64,000 nucleotides of DNA from Marsupella aquatica (GCA_973895155.1 OZ316892.1:25133233-25197232); one strand, 5' to 3'; positions 26,714-39,522 are shown, counted from the first letter of the stretch. Notes: generated by a model from the letters alone, not told the origin. Program-made: numbers and translations.

Positions 26714-29700
26714 GGGGAGACTTGTGGGCAATGAAGTGGTGCACACAAAGGACTTAGACTGGCGTTGGGAGCTGGTAGTAAGTCATGGGAAGGGTCAAGC
26801 TCAAGGTGGACCATTCGGACTCCTGACGGACTCTGAATTTTGAGGGCTTAACTTGAGTGAGAGCTCCTCTTGGGCTCAAGGCCAAAGAAGTTTATTCATG
26901 CAGAATGAACGCCCAAATGAACGCTTGGCACATGAGATACGACGTGACTTAAAGGTGTACTTGTTTGGGACCCCCAATGACAATGAGTCTGAGAGACCGG
27001 GCAAGAGTACCGCAGCGGCCTGATTAGAATGGGCTAAGGCACTTCACATACTAATTGACGTCTAACTAGAAAGTTATGGGCATGGTAAGTCAGCTTTGTG
27101 CCCAGTCAATTGGGTTGGAGTCCAGGTTGAGGGCAATAAATATGGGGCCAAAGTTGGTTCGGGGGTGACAGGTCTCTAGGAAGCTTATATGAAGGGAGTT
27201 GTGTCTCCTAGTGGGCCAAGGGCAAGCCCAAGCCGTGAAGCGCAGCGATCGAGCTATTAAGGGGAAATATCAATGAAACGGAAACAACAATAACTTCTCA
27301 ACGAAAAGTCCATTGGAAGACTTCTTGGGTGCGTTGGAAAGCTCTCAAGGAGTACTACATCTTCTTGCATTGAGCTTAGATGGGTCTAGGGGTGCCCTTG
27401 GTTCTTGCGGTTTGCAAGGGTTGTCTCGCTTGCTTAACAATTGTGTCAAAATAACAGCCAAACCAATTTTAGTTTCCCACGAGAGCTTGCGTTGGGGAGG
27501 CAATGCAGAGTAGGCATGGGCACCTGTTGAGATCCAAGTGCATTAATTTTGGCACTTAGACTCTTGGTTGGATTAGAGTGGTGGAGATGATTGCCTAGGG
27601 ATGGATGCTAGAGTTGGGGCCAAACTGGTCTCGACGTTTGGGACAAGCTTAGGGACAAGTTAGCTATTAGGGTCATGGGCATGTCTTGGAGGCAGGGCGG
27701 TCAGCCAATGACGGATAAAAAGTGGGGAAGCTTGGGCGACACCCGATAGAGGGGTTGTTCTAGACGAACAATGGGTGATAGCCTTAGCTTTAGCTTACAT
27801 GACAAGGCCACGAAGGCTTGGGAGACTCCATGCACTAACTTACTTACGAATGATTGTTTAAGCTTGAGGCAAGGCAATGGTCTTGGGATCTGAGATCATG
27901 ACGGGTTACTTACCAATGGGGTTGGTTGCTTAAATGGAGACAGTAGGGGCCGTTTAGTGATGGTTGCACTGAGGAGCGAGTGCAACTTTGTATGGGAGTT
28001 GATGCTAGCGGTGATAGAGGCACCAAGTTGCTTGCTCGTGGAGTTCCATGGAGGCCTTTGCATACCAAGGGTACGTAGGCAATGGACCTACTGGTTTGGT
28101 GAAGGTGTTGGGTGGCTAGGCCCACCACTATTTTCAAGTTTTAAACACTGGTCTGTAGACAGTATGAGTATAACATTGAAGTGCTCCTCTAGTGTGTATC
28201 ATGTCCTCTCCACAAGTCTTACGTCAATAACCCCTAACGCCATGGTTAAACTACTGTACTCTAGTTCATCTAGAATCAAGTACCAACGGAATTGTGCAAT
28301 GCACGCTCGAATGCTTGCTGGGCGTTGCATGGGTCATCAAACCCTACAATCTGCAAGCACACCTTCATGGCCGGGCATGCAGTTTATAAAAACCAAAAAT
28401 GGCAGATTGAAGTGGATAGTGGTGAGGATAGTGGTTGTGTGCTGAAAAACACTTTTAATCACCGTCCTTTTGATTGGGGAAAAACACCTTTCTTGCAATC
28501 ATCCCCACTTCCAATAGTACATGCTTGTTGCAATGCGCTTGGGTACAGTACGTGCCTATTAGATTGAATGTGATAATATTGTCTTTAACTTACAATCAAT
28601 CTCCATTATATTATGCAAATTATTGTCTTTCATATACTATAGACCCATGGAGCATGATGAAAGACAATTTGCATCCTATGAACATAGAACAATATGTTTT
28701 CAATATATGTATTACGGGTCTTATACATTGTATCTTCAATTCAAACTTGCAGACTCAACATGCACATTCAAAAACTATGCTGCAATGACCACATTGCGTG
28801 AGTATTGTGGCATTGCGTCATGGCTGCAATGACTATATGGCCAAATCAACACGGCGCAATGACTATATGGCCAATTCATCATGGCCGCAATGACGCATCA
28901 CCAAATCAACCTTGCAATGATGAAAATGGCCCACTTAGACAATCCCAAGCCGCAACAATGCGAAAGAAGCCTTAGTTCCTTGCCTCAACTACATTTCTCT
29001 GCTTTGTCTTGACATCTTTGGTGCAATGGACATGTGTCAGACTAGTATTTTCTATAAGAATAAACAAGGGGGTTTTTCCGCCTAGCTTCAAGCTAATGCT
29101 GCTAAAAAAAGTAGCCAATGTTCTAACAAGAAGTCCCACCGAATTGACTTTAGAAAAGATTTTCCGGTGTGCCTATGCTCCTCCACCATGTCCCACTATG
29201 GGACGACCAAAGACCTTAGCTATATACAAGACAAAATTACTTTTGTGTAACCATTTCTAGTCCTAAACCCTAAACCCTTTCTCATATATAATCTTGTGTC
29301 CAGAAATATAAAGCAAGTGATGGAACCGGGGATGGTGTGCATTTATCAATTAGAGGTACAATCCCTCTTGTGCAATAGGTCCTTGTCTCAGTAAATAGTC
29401 TTGTGACTCCCACAATAGACTTTACACTCTGCCCTAAAGGCCATCATCTACTCCATAAGTGCAATTTTCCCCAAAGAAATATGCCATGCACATACCAGTA
29501 AGTGTAAGTCATGGAATGCTACTCTTATCGATAACTGATCATCTACACAGCACGAGAGTGTGCACCTTACTATATGCCCCTGTTTGCGCTTACAAAAAGC
29601 GCAAACTCCATAAGAAGAATGAGATTTCTTGCAGTTATCCAGGTGTTGCAATTTATAATCAGAAAAATGTTACTGTAATTCGATTGGATGTACATTAAGT

Positions 29701-29909
29701 TGTACAAATCGATCGTACTGGTGGACGTACTGTGAAGGGCACAAGATCGACGGCCAAGACTCACACGATGATCTTGTTGACCGTCGATCCTGGTAATGCG
29801 GAGTCCGATGACTTCACGGAACTTCATGCATCACTCCCCATTTTTCTCTAATGACAGTACGAGACTATTGTGTGCTCGTTGTGATGGCAACGAGCACCTC
29901 TAGTGAGGA

Positions 29910-30490
29910 ATCCCTCGTGTAATTTCTTTGGCTATGTTTTGTAGAATATTGTGCTTGTTTTCCCTCGTGTAATTTCTTTGGATATGGTGTGTACTAGAAT
30001 GTTGTGCTTGTTTTCCCTCGTGTAATTTCTTTGGATATGGTTTGCAAAATGTTGTGCTTGTTTTTGTTGAGAAGCTGTGTCCGGAGGTATGGATTATGTC
30101 GATTGAGCATTCCCTCGTGTAGTTTCTTCGGATATGGTTTAAAGAATGTTGTGCTTGTTTGCGTTGAGAAGTTGTGTCCAGAGGTATGGATTATGCCGAT
30201 CGAGCATTCCCTCGTGGAGTCTCTTCGGATATGGTTTGCAGAATGTTGTGCTTGTTTTTGTTGAGAAGCTGTGTCCGGAGGTAGGGATTATGTTGATTGA
30301 GCATTCCCTCGTGTAGTTTCCTCAGATATGGTTTGCAGAATGTTGTGCTTGTTTTCGTTGAGAAGCTATGTTCGGAGGTATGGATTATGTCGATTGAGCA
30401 TTCCCTTGTGTAGTTTCTTCGGTAATGGTTTGTAGGATGTTGTGCTTGTTTTCGTTGAGAAGTTGTGTCCGAACGTATGTAATTATGTTG
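29910..30490. repeat. Minisatellite, about 96-bp unit (about 5 copies) preceded by truncated about 50-bp subunits
   Basis: ttccctcgtgta(a/g)tttct..ggatatggtttg..gaatgttgtgcttgtttt.gttgagaag.tgtgtcc.gaggtatggattatg..gattgagca recurs. Confidence 0.9.
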
Positions 30491-31384
30491 ATCAACGTGC
30501 AGGTTCTTGCAGGACTGTTGTGGCGTCTACCCGATTGACATCGTCATTCCGCCCTAGCTTGTTTGTTTACTCAGTTGTGAGAGACAGTAAATGTTTTCTA
30601 CTGTTCAGTTTCGACGCTGGGTTTTGTTTTCAAAGAGTTGTGGTTTTTGTCATGGAGGAGTTTAGTGGTATGTGATCGTGTAGACATGTAAGTTCTAGCG
30701 AGGTAGTTTTGCCACGGTGGAAACTCTGTCAATGATATGGGGTATGTGGTCAGAAGTATCGACAATAAGTGCAACGACGAGGATTAAAATTTGAGGCTTG
30801 AATATGTATATAGTAGATCAACATTTCACATGGTATTACTAGTCGCTTCCCATTTCTATGATGGCTCTAGCAATGCAAGGTCAAAACAAATAGCACCATC
30901 CACGGCTCCCGTACCAAGCAATCCTCTGATCCTCATTATTTCTCTCAGCGCTAGCTTTGCTGATGTACTTGATTCCCTGGATCGGAAGGGGAAGCGAAAC
31001 CCTCTCCTTCCAACCCACGAATCAGGAGGATTGCGTATCCTGAGGCACAAACAAATGGAGATAGGTAATTCCTACTCACAGCAACCCTCTGGCCGTCTAT
31101 GTCAAACCTGCCTATTTTACCGATGATAAGTGACAGCAGAGAATCGGTATTTTTGGCTACAAAAACAAGAGTACATCCTCGATCCTTAATTAAGTTGCAC
31201 CGACTTTTCCAGGCCATGAAAATCATAGATTCTAAATATTGCAACACGAACAAATCTTCGCAACTTTGCTCGCTAAACACTGCTGAACAGGATACCAGGT
31301 TTTCCCAAACACCTCCACACACGAAATGATGAAAGGTTTTACAGACAGTACTGTCAAGGCAAGTCACATGTCTTTCAACCATAT

Positions 31385-31552
31385 AGCCTATTTCTGCTAT
31401 AGTACATGGGACAACCAATTTCTTAGAGCCTATTACTGCGATAGTACATGGGACAACCAATTTCTTATAGCCTATTACTGCATATAGTACATAGGACAAC
31501 CAATTTCTTGTAGCCTATTACTGCGTATAGTACATAGGACAACCGATTTCTT
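31385..31552. repeat. Minisatellite, about 42-bp unit x4
   Basis: gcctattactgc..atagtacat(g/a)ggacaaccaatttctt is repeated. Confidence 0.88.
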
Positions 31553-31609
31553 TGGGGGGTTACTAGTTGTAAGCCTGCCTCCACAAAGGGAGAAGCTCAA
31601 CCCATTATG

Positions 31610-32710
31610 GGGGCTATTATGCGTCCAAAATGTGAGAACAAACTGACTGAACCCTCCATCTCAAAGGTTAGAGTAAACTGACCTGCAGGCGTTATTATGC
31701 ATCCAGTATGTGAGAATACGCTTTACCTATGTCTGAGGTTATAGGCTTATGACCCTGCATCCACAATATGAGAATAAACGACCGAACCCTCTATCCAAAA
31801 GGTGAAAGTAAACTGACTGGCTCTGTTTAAATCCAGGTTGCAGGGCTACAAACTAGAACCCTACGAGACCTGGATTATAACACCTAAATTGTTCAACATT
31901 TTGGAGCGCAAAATTAAGGTGAAAGTAAACCTGATGCTTTTTTGAAATCCAGGTAGCAGGGCTACAAACTAGAACCCTACCAGAGCTGGTTTATAGTACC
32001 TAAATTGCTCGACATTTTGGATCGCAAAATTATGAAAAGTAGCAGCATGGAGTTGAAATTGGTTCTACTGGAGACCTTTGCTCGGCACAAGATTTATGAG
32101 TACATTGCTCTATATTTAGGGGCAAAAATTAGTGCTCTACTTGATGGGGCACAAAATTCTGAAAAAATATATTTTGGGGGACAAAATTACAAAAATATCA
32201 ACGTGGAGTAGACAATTGGTACCCACAGGTGACCTTTGGTTCACTCAATCCTCTTGAGCAGCTATGTCTGCATACAATACTTCTATGTTTCCAAATAAGA
32301 GGCTCCTGCGAGTATGATATCACCACCACATCTTTCTTATAAAGCACGAACAGTGGGACTAACAGAGATGAGGTCTAGACTTCTCGAGTGAAATCAACAG
32401 AGATGAGGTCTAGACTTCTAGAGTGAAACCGCTACTATGATATCACACCACATCTTTTTTATAAAGACAAACAAAAACTAGAGATGAGATCTAGACTTCT
32501 AGTCAAAGTGAAACATCTAAACAGCAATTTATGCTAAATAAAAACACAACTGATGAATATATACCAAAAACATGGATGCTGACATTGGGAACACAGATTC
32601 TTCTGTAAGGTTTTTTAAACTGAATGAATATATACCAAAAAACATGGAATGATGCTGACATGGGGAACACAGATTCTTCTGTAAGGTTTTTTATGGTTAT
32701 CTCTTAGCCA
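31610..32710. repeat. Cluster of short diverged tandem duplications
   Basis: Paired repeats: aaatccaggt.gcagggctacaaactagaaccctac (31829, 31945), acagagatgaggtctagacttct (32363, 32397, about 32480) and gatgctgacat.gggaacacagattcttctgtaagg (32575, 32651). Confidence 0.75.
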
Positions 32711-32759
32711 TAAATATTCAAAGAAAAACTAAACAAGGAGGCCAACATGGGAACATAGA

Positions 32760-33340
32760 TGCTTCCGACATTGCTATATGCTATATGGCAAATCTTTGTT
32801 TCAGTCGTCCTAGTTCATTTTTGTTTTGTCATTATTTTAATTTTAATTTGGCCTATGAGGGCTGTCTTCTTTGTTATTCCATCAGTTTTGAATTTATCTC
32901 AGACCCCCTATAATTATGTTTTTGTTATCAAAATCCTTTGTTTTTCTTTTTTGCACTTGTACTCCTTTCCACAATTCTTATAGAATTTTGCCCTTCAAAA
33001 TAATCTTGATGTAAAACAACTGTTACTTGCAGGGCTCGAACCCCCAACCCAACAGATCCCACACAAGGCAACCACCATTGTGCTACCTGTAGTGGTTGTA
33101 CTGCACATTAGGCTTTTGACATGTTGATATTTATTACTTAAATTAGTTAAATTTATAAATTGTATGGCTTGTACAACCCAAAAGCTGTCCGAGATTGATG
33201 TGCCTCCATTTCTTCACAATATATTCATTTCTGTACTTTAATTCAAATGATTACTTTAATAAACTCAAATAGGATATGATAAGATCATTTTTACATCAAT
33301 TTCAATAAGTTAAAATAGCATAGTGTTAGAACGGTGTAGC
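32760..33340. mobile_element. Dispersed repeat (probable TE) carrying a tRNA-like box A/box B segment; diverged second copy at about 61560-62040
   Basis: Shared blocks with the 61.6-kb copy: ctatga.ggctgt.ttctttgttatt, aattttgcccctt and tttcaataagt.aaaatag. Minus-strand TAGCACAATGG and GGTTCGAGCCC lie at 33030-33087. The element interrupts a tandem array (catagat|...|tgtaaggtttttt). Confidence 0.6.
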
Positions 33341-34799
33341 TATATGTAAGGTTTTTTATGTTTATTTCTTAGCTATTAATATTCAAAGAAAAACAAGGAT
33401 GTAGACAAACATGATGGAAACAACATAGATTCTTTTGTAAATTTTATTATACTTATCTCAATTAGTATTCAAAGAATGTGCATTCAGGCTTGTATTTTTA
33501 GAAACAAAAGTACTTTTAGAAACAACAGGAAAGAGCGCTACCTACGATGCGATGAAAATTTTGGTAATTGAAAGTAACCCCTATAAAGTGGAACTCTTAC
33601 GTGATTTCAATTCTTGTAGTATTTTGTTTCGTCAAGTTGTTTGAGTTCTGGATTGAGATTTAGCTAAAATGAGCAATCATTCGAAAATAAAATTGAATAA
33701 TAGAATAATAAAAAATGCGCAACCATTAGCATAACCTGCATTCGCGAGTAGCTTGAAGGGTGTGGGTCACGAAGGATGTACCCAGCAACTCACGCACAAT
33801 CCCGTACGATTCTCCCATTGTTTTGGGGTTTTCTGACGGTTATTAGCGTCCACGAACTACTACCAGTACTCGTGTAGTTTGGTGCTATAAGGCATTTCCA
33901 CCCCTAAGGCTTGTAATCCCTTTCTGTCTGCTTTCTTCACTTCTTTACTTACTCCTCTGCAGTTTCAGTCTGAGTTTGTTTGGGGCTTTCTCCCCCTAGT
34001 TTTTCTGTTATGAATTAAGGACTATGTACTTGAGACTGAAGTAAAGATTTCCGAGTGTTTTTAATCCATTCTTCATGAAAAGTGTGTAAGATTCTATACA
34101 TGTCCCGTATATAGTCAGAGATTCGGACGCTGAAGTCCCAGCTGAAGTACAAATCAAGATATAAATTGTAAAGAGTAAGATGGGCAAAACCCATTAAAGA
34201 ATACAAATAGACCAAATTTGAGAACACGCACTAATTCCTAAACTACAGGAGAAGCCGAGGAATGCATGATCCTCCACCGCGCTGCTTCTGTAATTTTGCG
34301 TAGAAAGTTTGTGAACCCTATCACGCCCTGTAAGGAGAACCTGTAATTCTAAAAGTATGACATGAACGAGGATGGAGGTTGTAAACTATTCTTGCAGTAT
34401 CTAAGGTAGTATTCTGATTTTCATTTCTATACGTGGATGCCACCATAGGACCTTCTCAATTGTGTTAAGACGAGGTTCGATGTCTGCTGATCGACGATGT
34501 CGCTTAGTGATAGTACATTTTCAAATTGAAAGAATCCACCTACGTACTGCACCTTCAATGCCACAATTCTTCTTGATTATGATAGATGAATACGAACAAT
34601 TACTGGATGTAGCGTAAGTTCTGGATGCGCCGAGTATATTTCGGAGTGCTCCCTCGGAAGCTTTGTGTAGCTCGTATCGGCTTTTCCGTACACAGTTCCT
34701 GTCTTGAAAATTACGACCATGAAGATTGGATAACGATTATATTCCCGGGCCTTCTGCGGATGAAGTGTTTGGTTGAGACTTGAGAAAGAGCCTCTGGCG

Positions 34800-37700
34800 T
34801 TAACTTGCATACATATCACTAGAATCTCCGTCGCAATCTTGGGCCGGGAACATGGAGGATAGTAGTTCCCGGTAGTCAAAGAGCTTATACTCTTCATTGA
34901 GGACAATGGACACCTCACTCGTCTCATTGCTGGCAAGGTCAATATCGACATTGCTGAAAGCAAAGAAATCAGCACCTCATGGGTCAGATTCAGATCAATT
35001 TCAAATCTAGAGCTCCAGCAACCAAATGTATCGCGATCATGCAATTGACGAAACTGAGAACAGCAGCGCTCGCGATCTTGACGGGATCTCCATTATTTGA
35101 TGTAGTCAAACTGGTACTTATAGGCGAAGGTAGTACAATATATTGCATGATAATTTTGGGGGCACTCACGTCGTATTTTTTGTTTGCAGAATGACAAATG
35201 GGACATGAAGGCCTCTTTGCGCAGTCCCCGAAATCGTTCGTGGAAGGCTGTTACTCTGGTACTGCCCCGCAGCTTCTAAAATGTCCAGTCCGACCTCATT
35301 TGCCGATGCGCTGAAATCGTGACATCCGTCGGCCTCACTTAAGATTGATGACCTATTGGGCACAGGATAGAAATCTTGGCTCGTACACGACCAAAACGAC
35401 GACGACGACGACGCGTCGTTTGCAGGAGTAGCAGCGAAATATTTGTGGAGTTCAAGCGACTCGTAGCTACGTTCGGTTTCCGTAGATGTCTGAGAGCAGT
35501 CTTCGAAATTCAAGTAAGAGTAACTGAGATCTTCAGGGGGCGGCGTGCAAGGGTACATATTGCCTTCAAAACGGTTGGACTGGTAGATTCGACTTTGGTT
35601 GTGCTTGATCAGCTCCGTCGTGAGTCTCAGCTGCAGCAGACAAGCGGGCAGACAGGTCACAGCGATGTGAATCCACAATACTGTTCGACCATTTAGATTG
35701 ACCCTTGCATGATGTTCGGGGAAACTAGCTTGGTATTCTCATACTGTAGGCCTAATACTTCCAATTATCTTACAATGTTTGAAGACCTCCCAACTGCCTG
35801 AAAACTAAGACAGTATAAGGATAAGTTACGCACGTGATGTCATATGTAAGAAGCTAAAATGTAGAAGGCTAGAAGAAAACTGTTTGTGGATCAGAGCAAG
35901 AAAGTTCATAGCTACAGCCACTATAACATTACGAAAACCATGCTGTACCTCTTCCTGAAGATGGTCCAGTTCACGCTGCTTCTCGTTACTGCGCCCAACA
36001 GCGGCGATCTTTTCTTCATTAAGGCGGCCAAGTGTTTGCCTGCGACACCTCTGCTCGTTCTCAGATCCAGCCCCCAACCACCTGCATGTGTTCCACCTAC
36101 AGCAGTGAGTTTTGAAGAAAACTCTTTCCTGATCTTCAACCGTTTATATTTTTTCGTTCATGAGTATCGGGATGAGTATACATAGAAAGACCAAAGAAAT
36201 AGGAGTGGCAAAGCGTACTTCATAGATCTCAAAGTACCAACCGGATCCTGTATGCTGTCATGCTCTGTCACGAATACGTAAAACGTGAAATGAACTTTGA
36301 ACACAGTGGCAAGCTAGTGGACTCGAGAGATTTTTAAATACTAACCGGATCCTGGATCCCCTTGTGCTCTTCTTTTCCAGTTGATTCCCCTTCTTAGCTG
36401 GAAAAGTAGTTCGATTCCTAGAATATATATCTATCTGCTCGTGATTAACTCCACCGTCGAACACAGCTGACTTCGAGCATTCTGCAGATGGACTACCTGT
36501 GACTGTGTCGCTAGACGTCCTCGTGCACTCATTGGGGCTATGATTTCTTGGCGACCTTTTAGGAGTGCTTCCGTTGCTTCGCTCCAGAAGACCTGTGGCA
36601 CAATTCTCACGTATGTAAGTCCGAAAGTGAACCTGGATTCAGTGAATTACATCCGTAAAATTTTAACGGTGGCCATTCTTTGCAGTACGTCTGCCCGAGC
36701 TGCACATTTCTCAGGTGACTGCTGATCACTCTTACCGAAGTCACTGTCACTGCGTACGAATGCGCGCACGGTAGCCTTTTCTCTGAAGGCAGGATTTTCG
36801 AACGTCCGTAATCCTGAAGTACGACAGAGATGTAGAAGTATAGAACATCTTCGATGTGATCATTTTTGGACATGCCTGGAAGAAAAGTCATAGTTTCCAC
36901 CCAGTTAAAGAGTTTGGGCAACGACTTTTACAAGCATGGAGAAGTTCCTCACCTGCAGCCTCCAACACATTAACCACGTCATAGATTCGGCGCAGCGTTG
37001 TGTTATGTTTGTTCTGCAACAGACGCAATGAACATAGAGAATATCGATCAGAATGACAGTCCTAGGCGCAGATTCAATGAGTTGATGGTAAGTTCAATTA
37101 TGACAGCTTGTCAGTTTGGGGGTCACTTCATTATCCGGAAGTAGACGCTTCGCACACAATCAGATTGGGGTCATTCAGGGCCACGAATGCTCTTGTCAGG
37201 TGTCGGACTGGTGATGACAGCAGTCAAGTAAAAGAAGTCGATCTAAATTAAACTGTGAACACTCGGAACCTTACATCGCGTGCGAAATCTCCGGGTCCCT
37301 GAAATCTTGTCGATCTGAAAATGACTAAATGGAACTATAAAACTGACGAGGATCTGATTCGATATATAGCAATTGATCTTTCAACGATAAAGCGTATTCT
37401 GAAATCTAAATGCATGTAGCTGAAGTTGCGAAGAATCGATTGAATTGGATCCAGCAATTGACTTTCAATGAACTCAAGTATTGGATATGGATCTGTGGCA
37501 ACTGAATTGAGAATGACCTGGTCACAGTTCAAAGAATTCAACACGCATAAGCTGATTTGACCTTAGAACTATTGAAGTAATAGAACTCACCTGTCTAGTA
37601 GAAGCATTGTTTCCAGCCCCGTTTCCAGCAAGTTAATAAAAACTCATTGGATCTGCGAACTGAACTTACAGATCTGATATATACTACCAGAGTTACTTCA

Positions 37701-38277
37701 CCTTTGCTTCATCATGAATTTCAGTTGCAATTTGGAGGAGATTGCACGCTTCAGAATGTGGTTGGAGCTTTGATCGAAGTACAGTGGCCAAGTACTTCAA
37801 TGGATTGGCCTTGACTCTGCCAGCGTACATGCCGAACTTCAACGTCGCTTGCACTGTAGTCGACTTAGCAAAAGGTTTTGTAGACTTGCTCGCTGAGAGA
37901 GTTAGAATGTCAGCTGTTGGACCTTCCACATCGCCTCGAATGGTTTGGCGTCCCAGCTGATCATTCTCAGCTCCTGCTCCAGAAGCAACAGTACCAACAT
38001 AGGTGCCGTGGAGAGCAGCATTGAAACGACAATGCTTGAAGCTCGGATTGTTCTGCTTGCCTGGTCGTCGTCCAGCAGTCCGTCCCTGCTTTACGTGGGC
38101 TTCCGCGCCTAGACTCTTGTTAACAAGACAGCCTGTATAATCGAGTCCAGGATTACTTGAAATCTCAGTACAAGCCAGCTGATCAGCAAATCCTCTGAGG
38201 CTTGCAGCTGCAGCAGGTTTGCGAGGCGAAGGTGCACCGAACTCTTCCCATACGCGTGACCTTGTGGCTGTCACCAT
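34800..38277 (-). CDS. DP: Divergent DP (E2F dimerisation partner)-family transcription factor, about 560-585 aa. Exons 38277-37697, 37314-37275, 37013-36953, (36813-36736 optional), 36592-36346, 36081-35949, 35630-35170, 34953-34800
   Basis: The manual splice model gives, in DP order: winged-helix LKYLATVLRSKLQ...IATEIHDE, recognition helix TTLRRIYDVVNVLEAAG, wing IRWLG, coiled coil LGRLNEEKIAAVGRSNEKQRELDHLQEE|LRLTTELIKHN, and marked-box partner GLHVPFVILQTKNTTNVDIDL...EEYKLFDYRELLSSM. Compare recalled DP motifs RRVYDALNVL, IQWKG, NLIQRN, GVALPFILVQT and PFELHDDNYVLKAM. All junctions are GT-AG and in phase. The exon 1/2 junction is least certain. Confidence 0.82.
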
Positions 38278-38876
38278 ACTGCCGAAATTATCTAAAGACC
38301 TGCCTGTAGTTTACCTACAATTGTAATCCGAACAGGTTCTAATCTTACGCTCGTCAGAACAAATAGTATACGAGCTTCCTTAATTGACGCTTCTCGTGAA
38401 AATCTTGCTTTAGATATTTCTTCTAACGTCTTCTAGTCAACTTGTCATTCGACGGTCAGAATTGTCAGCGTTAACGAGAAGACTCCAATGTAGGCGAGCT
38501 CGAGCTCGAGCATGAATGTCAGTGAGTCTAATTGATCGAGCCTGACCTCGATCAAGGCCATGCCGAGATTAATTATGTAAAATCTAATCAACCGAGTGGT
38601 CCTGGAGCTCCACTTCTTCCACCTCTTCTGAATTTGCACACTACAAAAAGTAACGATTGCTCGATGATGTACGTCGGATTCTGTCACAAGGACCCTATCC
38701 CAAAACCTCAACGAACGTCTACTTCTTCTGAATGCGCAAACTACAGCGACGATCGCTCGATGATGTACGACGTATTCTACCCCCAAACCTCGACGGACGG
38801 ACCGAGTGAATCGATTCCACACTACTTGTCGACACTCAGCAGAGTCTGAGCTAGTCTGCAGTCTGAGACTCTCCGA

Positions 38877-39113
38877 TCATGTATGTACGTACTGAGATTA
38901 TGCAACATAGTACTCACGAGCACTGCAAACTTCTCAGAGTTATCAGACCTTAGCGATACTTTCGTCAATGTTCTCCAATCTAGACAATGTTCTCACAACA
39001 TGTACATACTGCGAGTATGCAACATAGTACTCACGAGCACTGCAAACTTCTCAGAGTTCTCAGACCTTAGTGCTGCTTTCGTCAATGTTCTCCAATCTAG
39101 ACAATGGTCTCAC
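38877..39113. repeat. Tandem duplication (about 117 bp x2) upstream of the DP start codon
   Basis: atgtac.tactg.ga.tatgcaacatagtactcacgagcactgcaaacttctcagagtt.tcagaccttag...tctagacaatg.tctcac occurs twice. Confidence 0.88.
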
Positions 39114-39522
39114 GACCAGAGAGTCCATCCATTGATGACGTTGCCAGTGAGTTCGCAAGTTGCTTCGAACGATTCCCTTCTGTTACAAGCCGACGAGTTT
39201 GCGACCGCTGCAATTACCATTCTGCGGAAGGCACCGCAGAATCCAGAGGACGGGAAACCGATGGACAGTGAAATTATCCATTCAAAATCGCGTAAATCTA
39301 CGGTCCTAATCCACCTCCAGAAGTAAAGTCCACACTCCACCGTTAGATCTCATCCAAGCGGTGCCTTCCGTCACTATCAGAGTAGCCGCAAGTGTCTCGA
39401 TAGTGACCTCCACCGTGAACCCTGTATGGGACCGGGCTGGTTGGCGCAGTAACTTGGTAACTGAGTCGCTGTTACGGCAATGCTGACAGTAAGATCCACA
39501 CGAATGGAATAATTCCCAGTCT

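Noticed and set aside
29262-29278. Telomeric TTTAGGG/CCCTAAA motifs (also ~4290, ~22336, ~52773)
   Set aside because: Only about 2 units each. These are common telo-box or TE-associated motifs, not a telomere or fusion site.
33025-33090. Possible tRNA gene
   Set aside because: Box A and box B are present, but there is no convincing acceptor or anticodon stem, and it sits inside a dispersed repeat.
37591-37651. Extra DP exon bounded by TCGCAG and AG|GTGAG
   Set aside because: It has stops in all three frames from the obvious acceptor and would need an intron under 50 nt, so it was left out of the model.
38532-39326. Plus-strand ORFs of 105 and 147 aa as a divergent gene
   Set aside because: No recognisable motif. 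They are partly generated by a 117-bp tandem duplication and probably lie antisense to the DP 5' leader.
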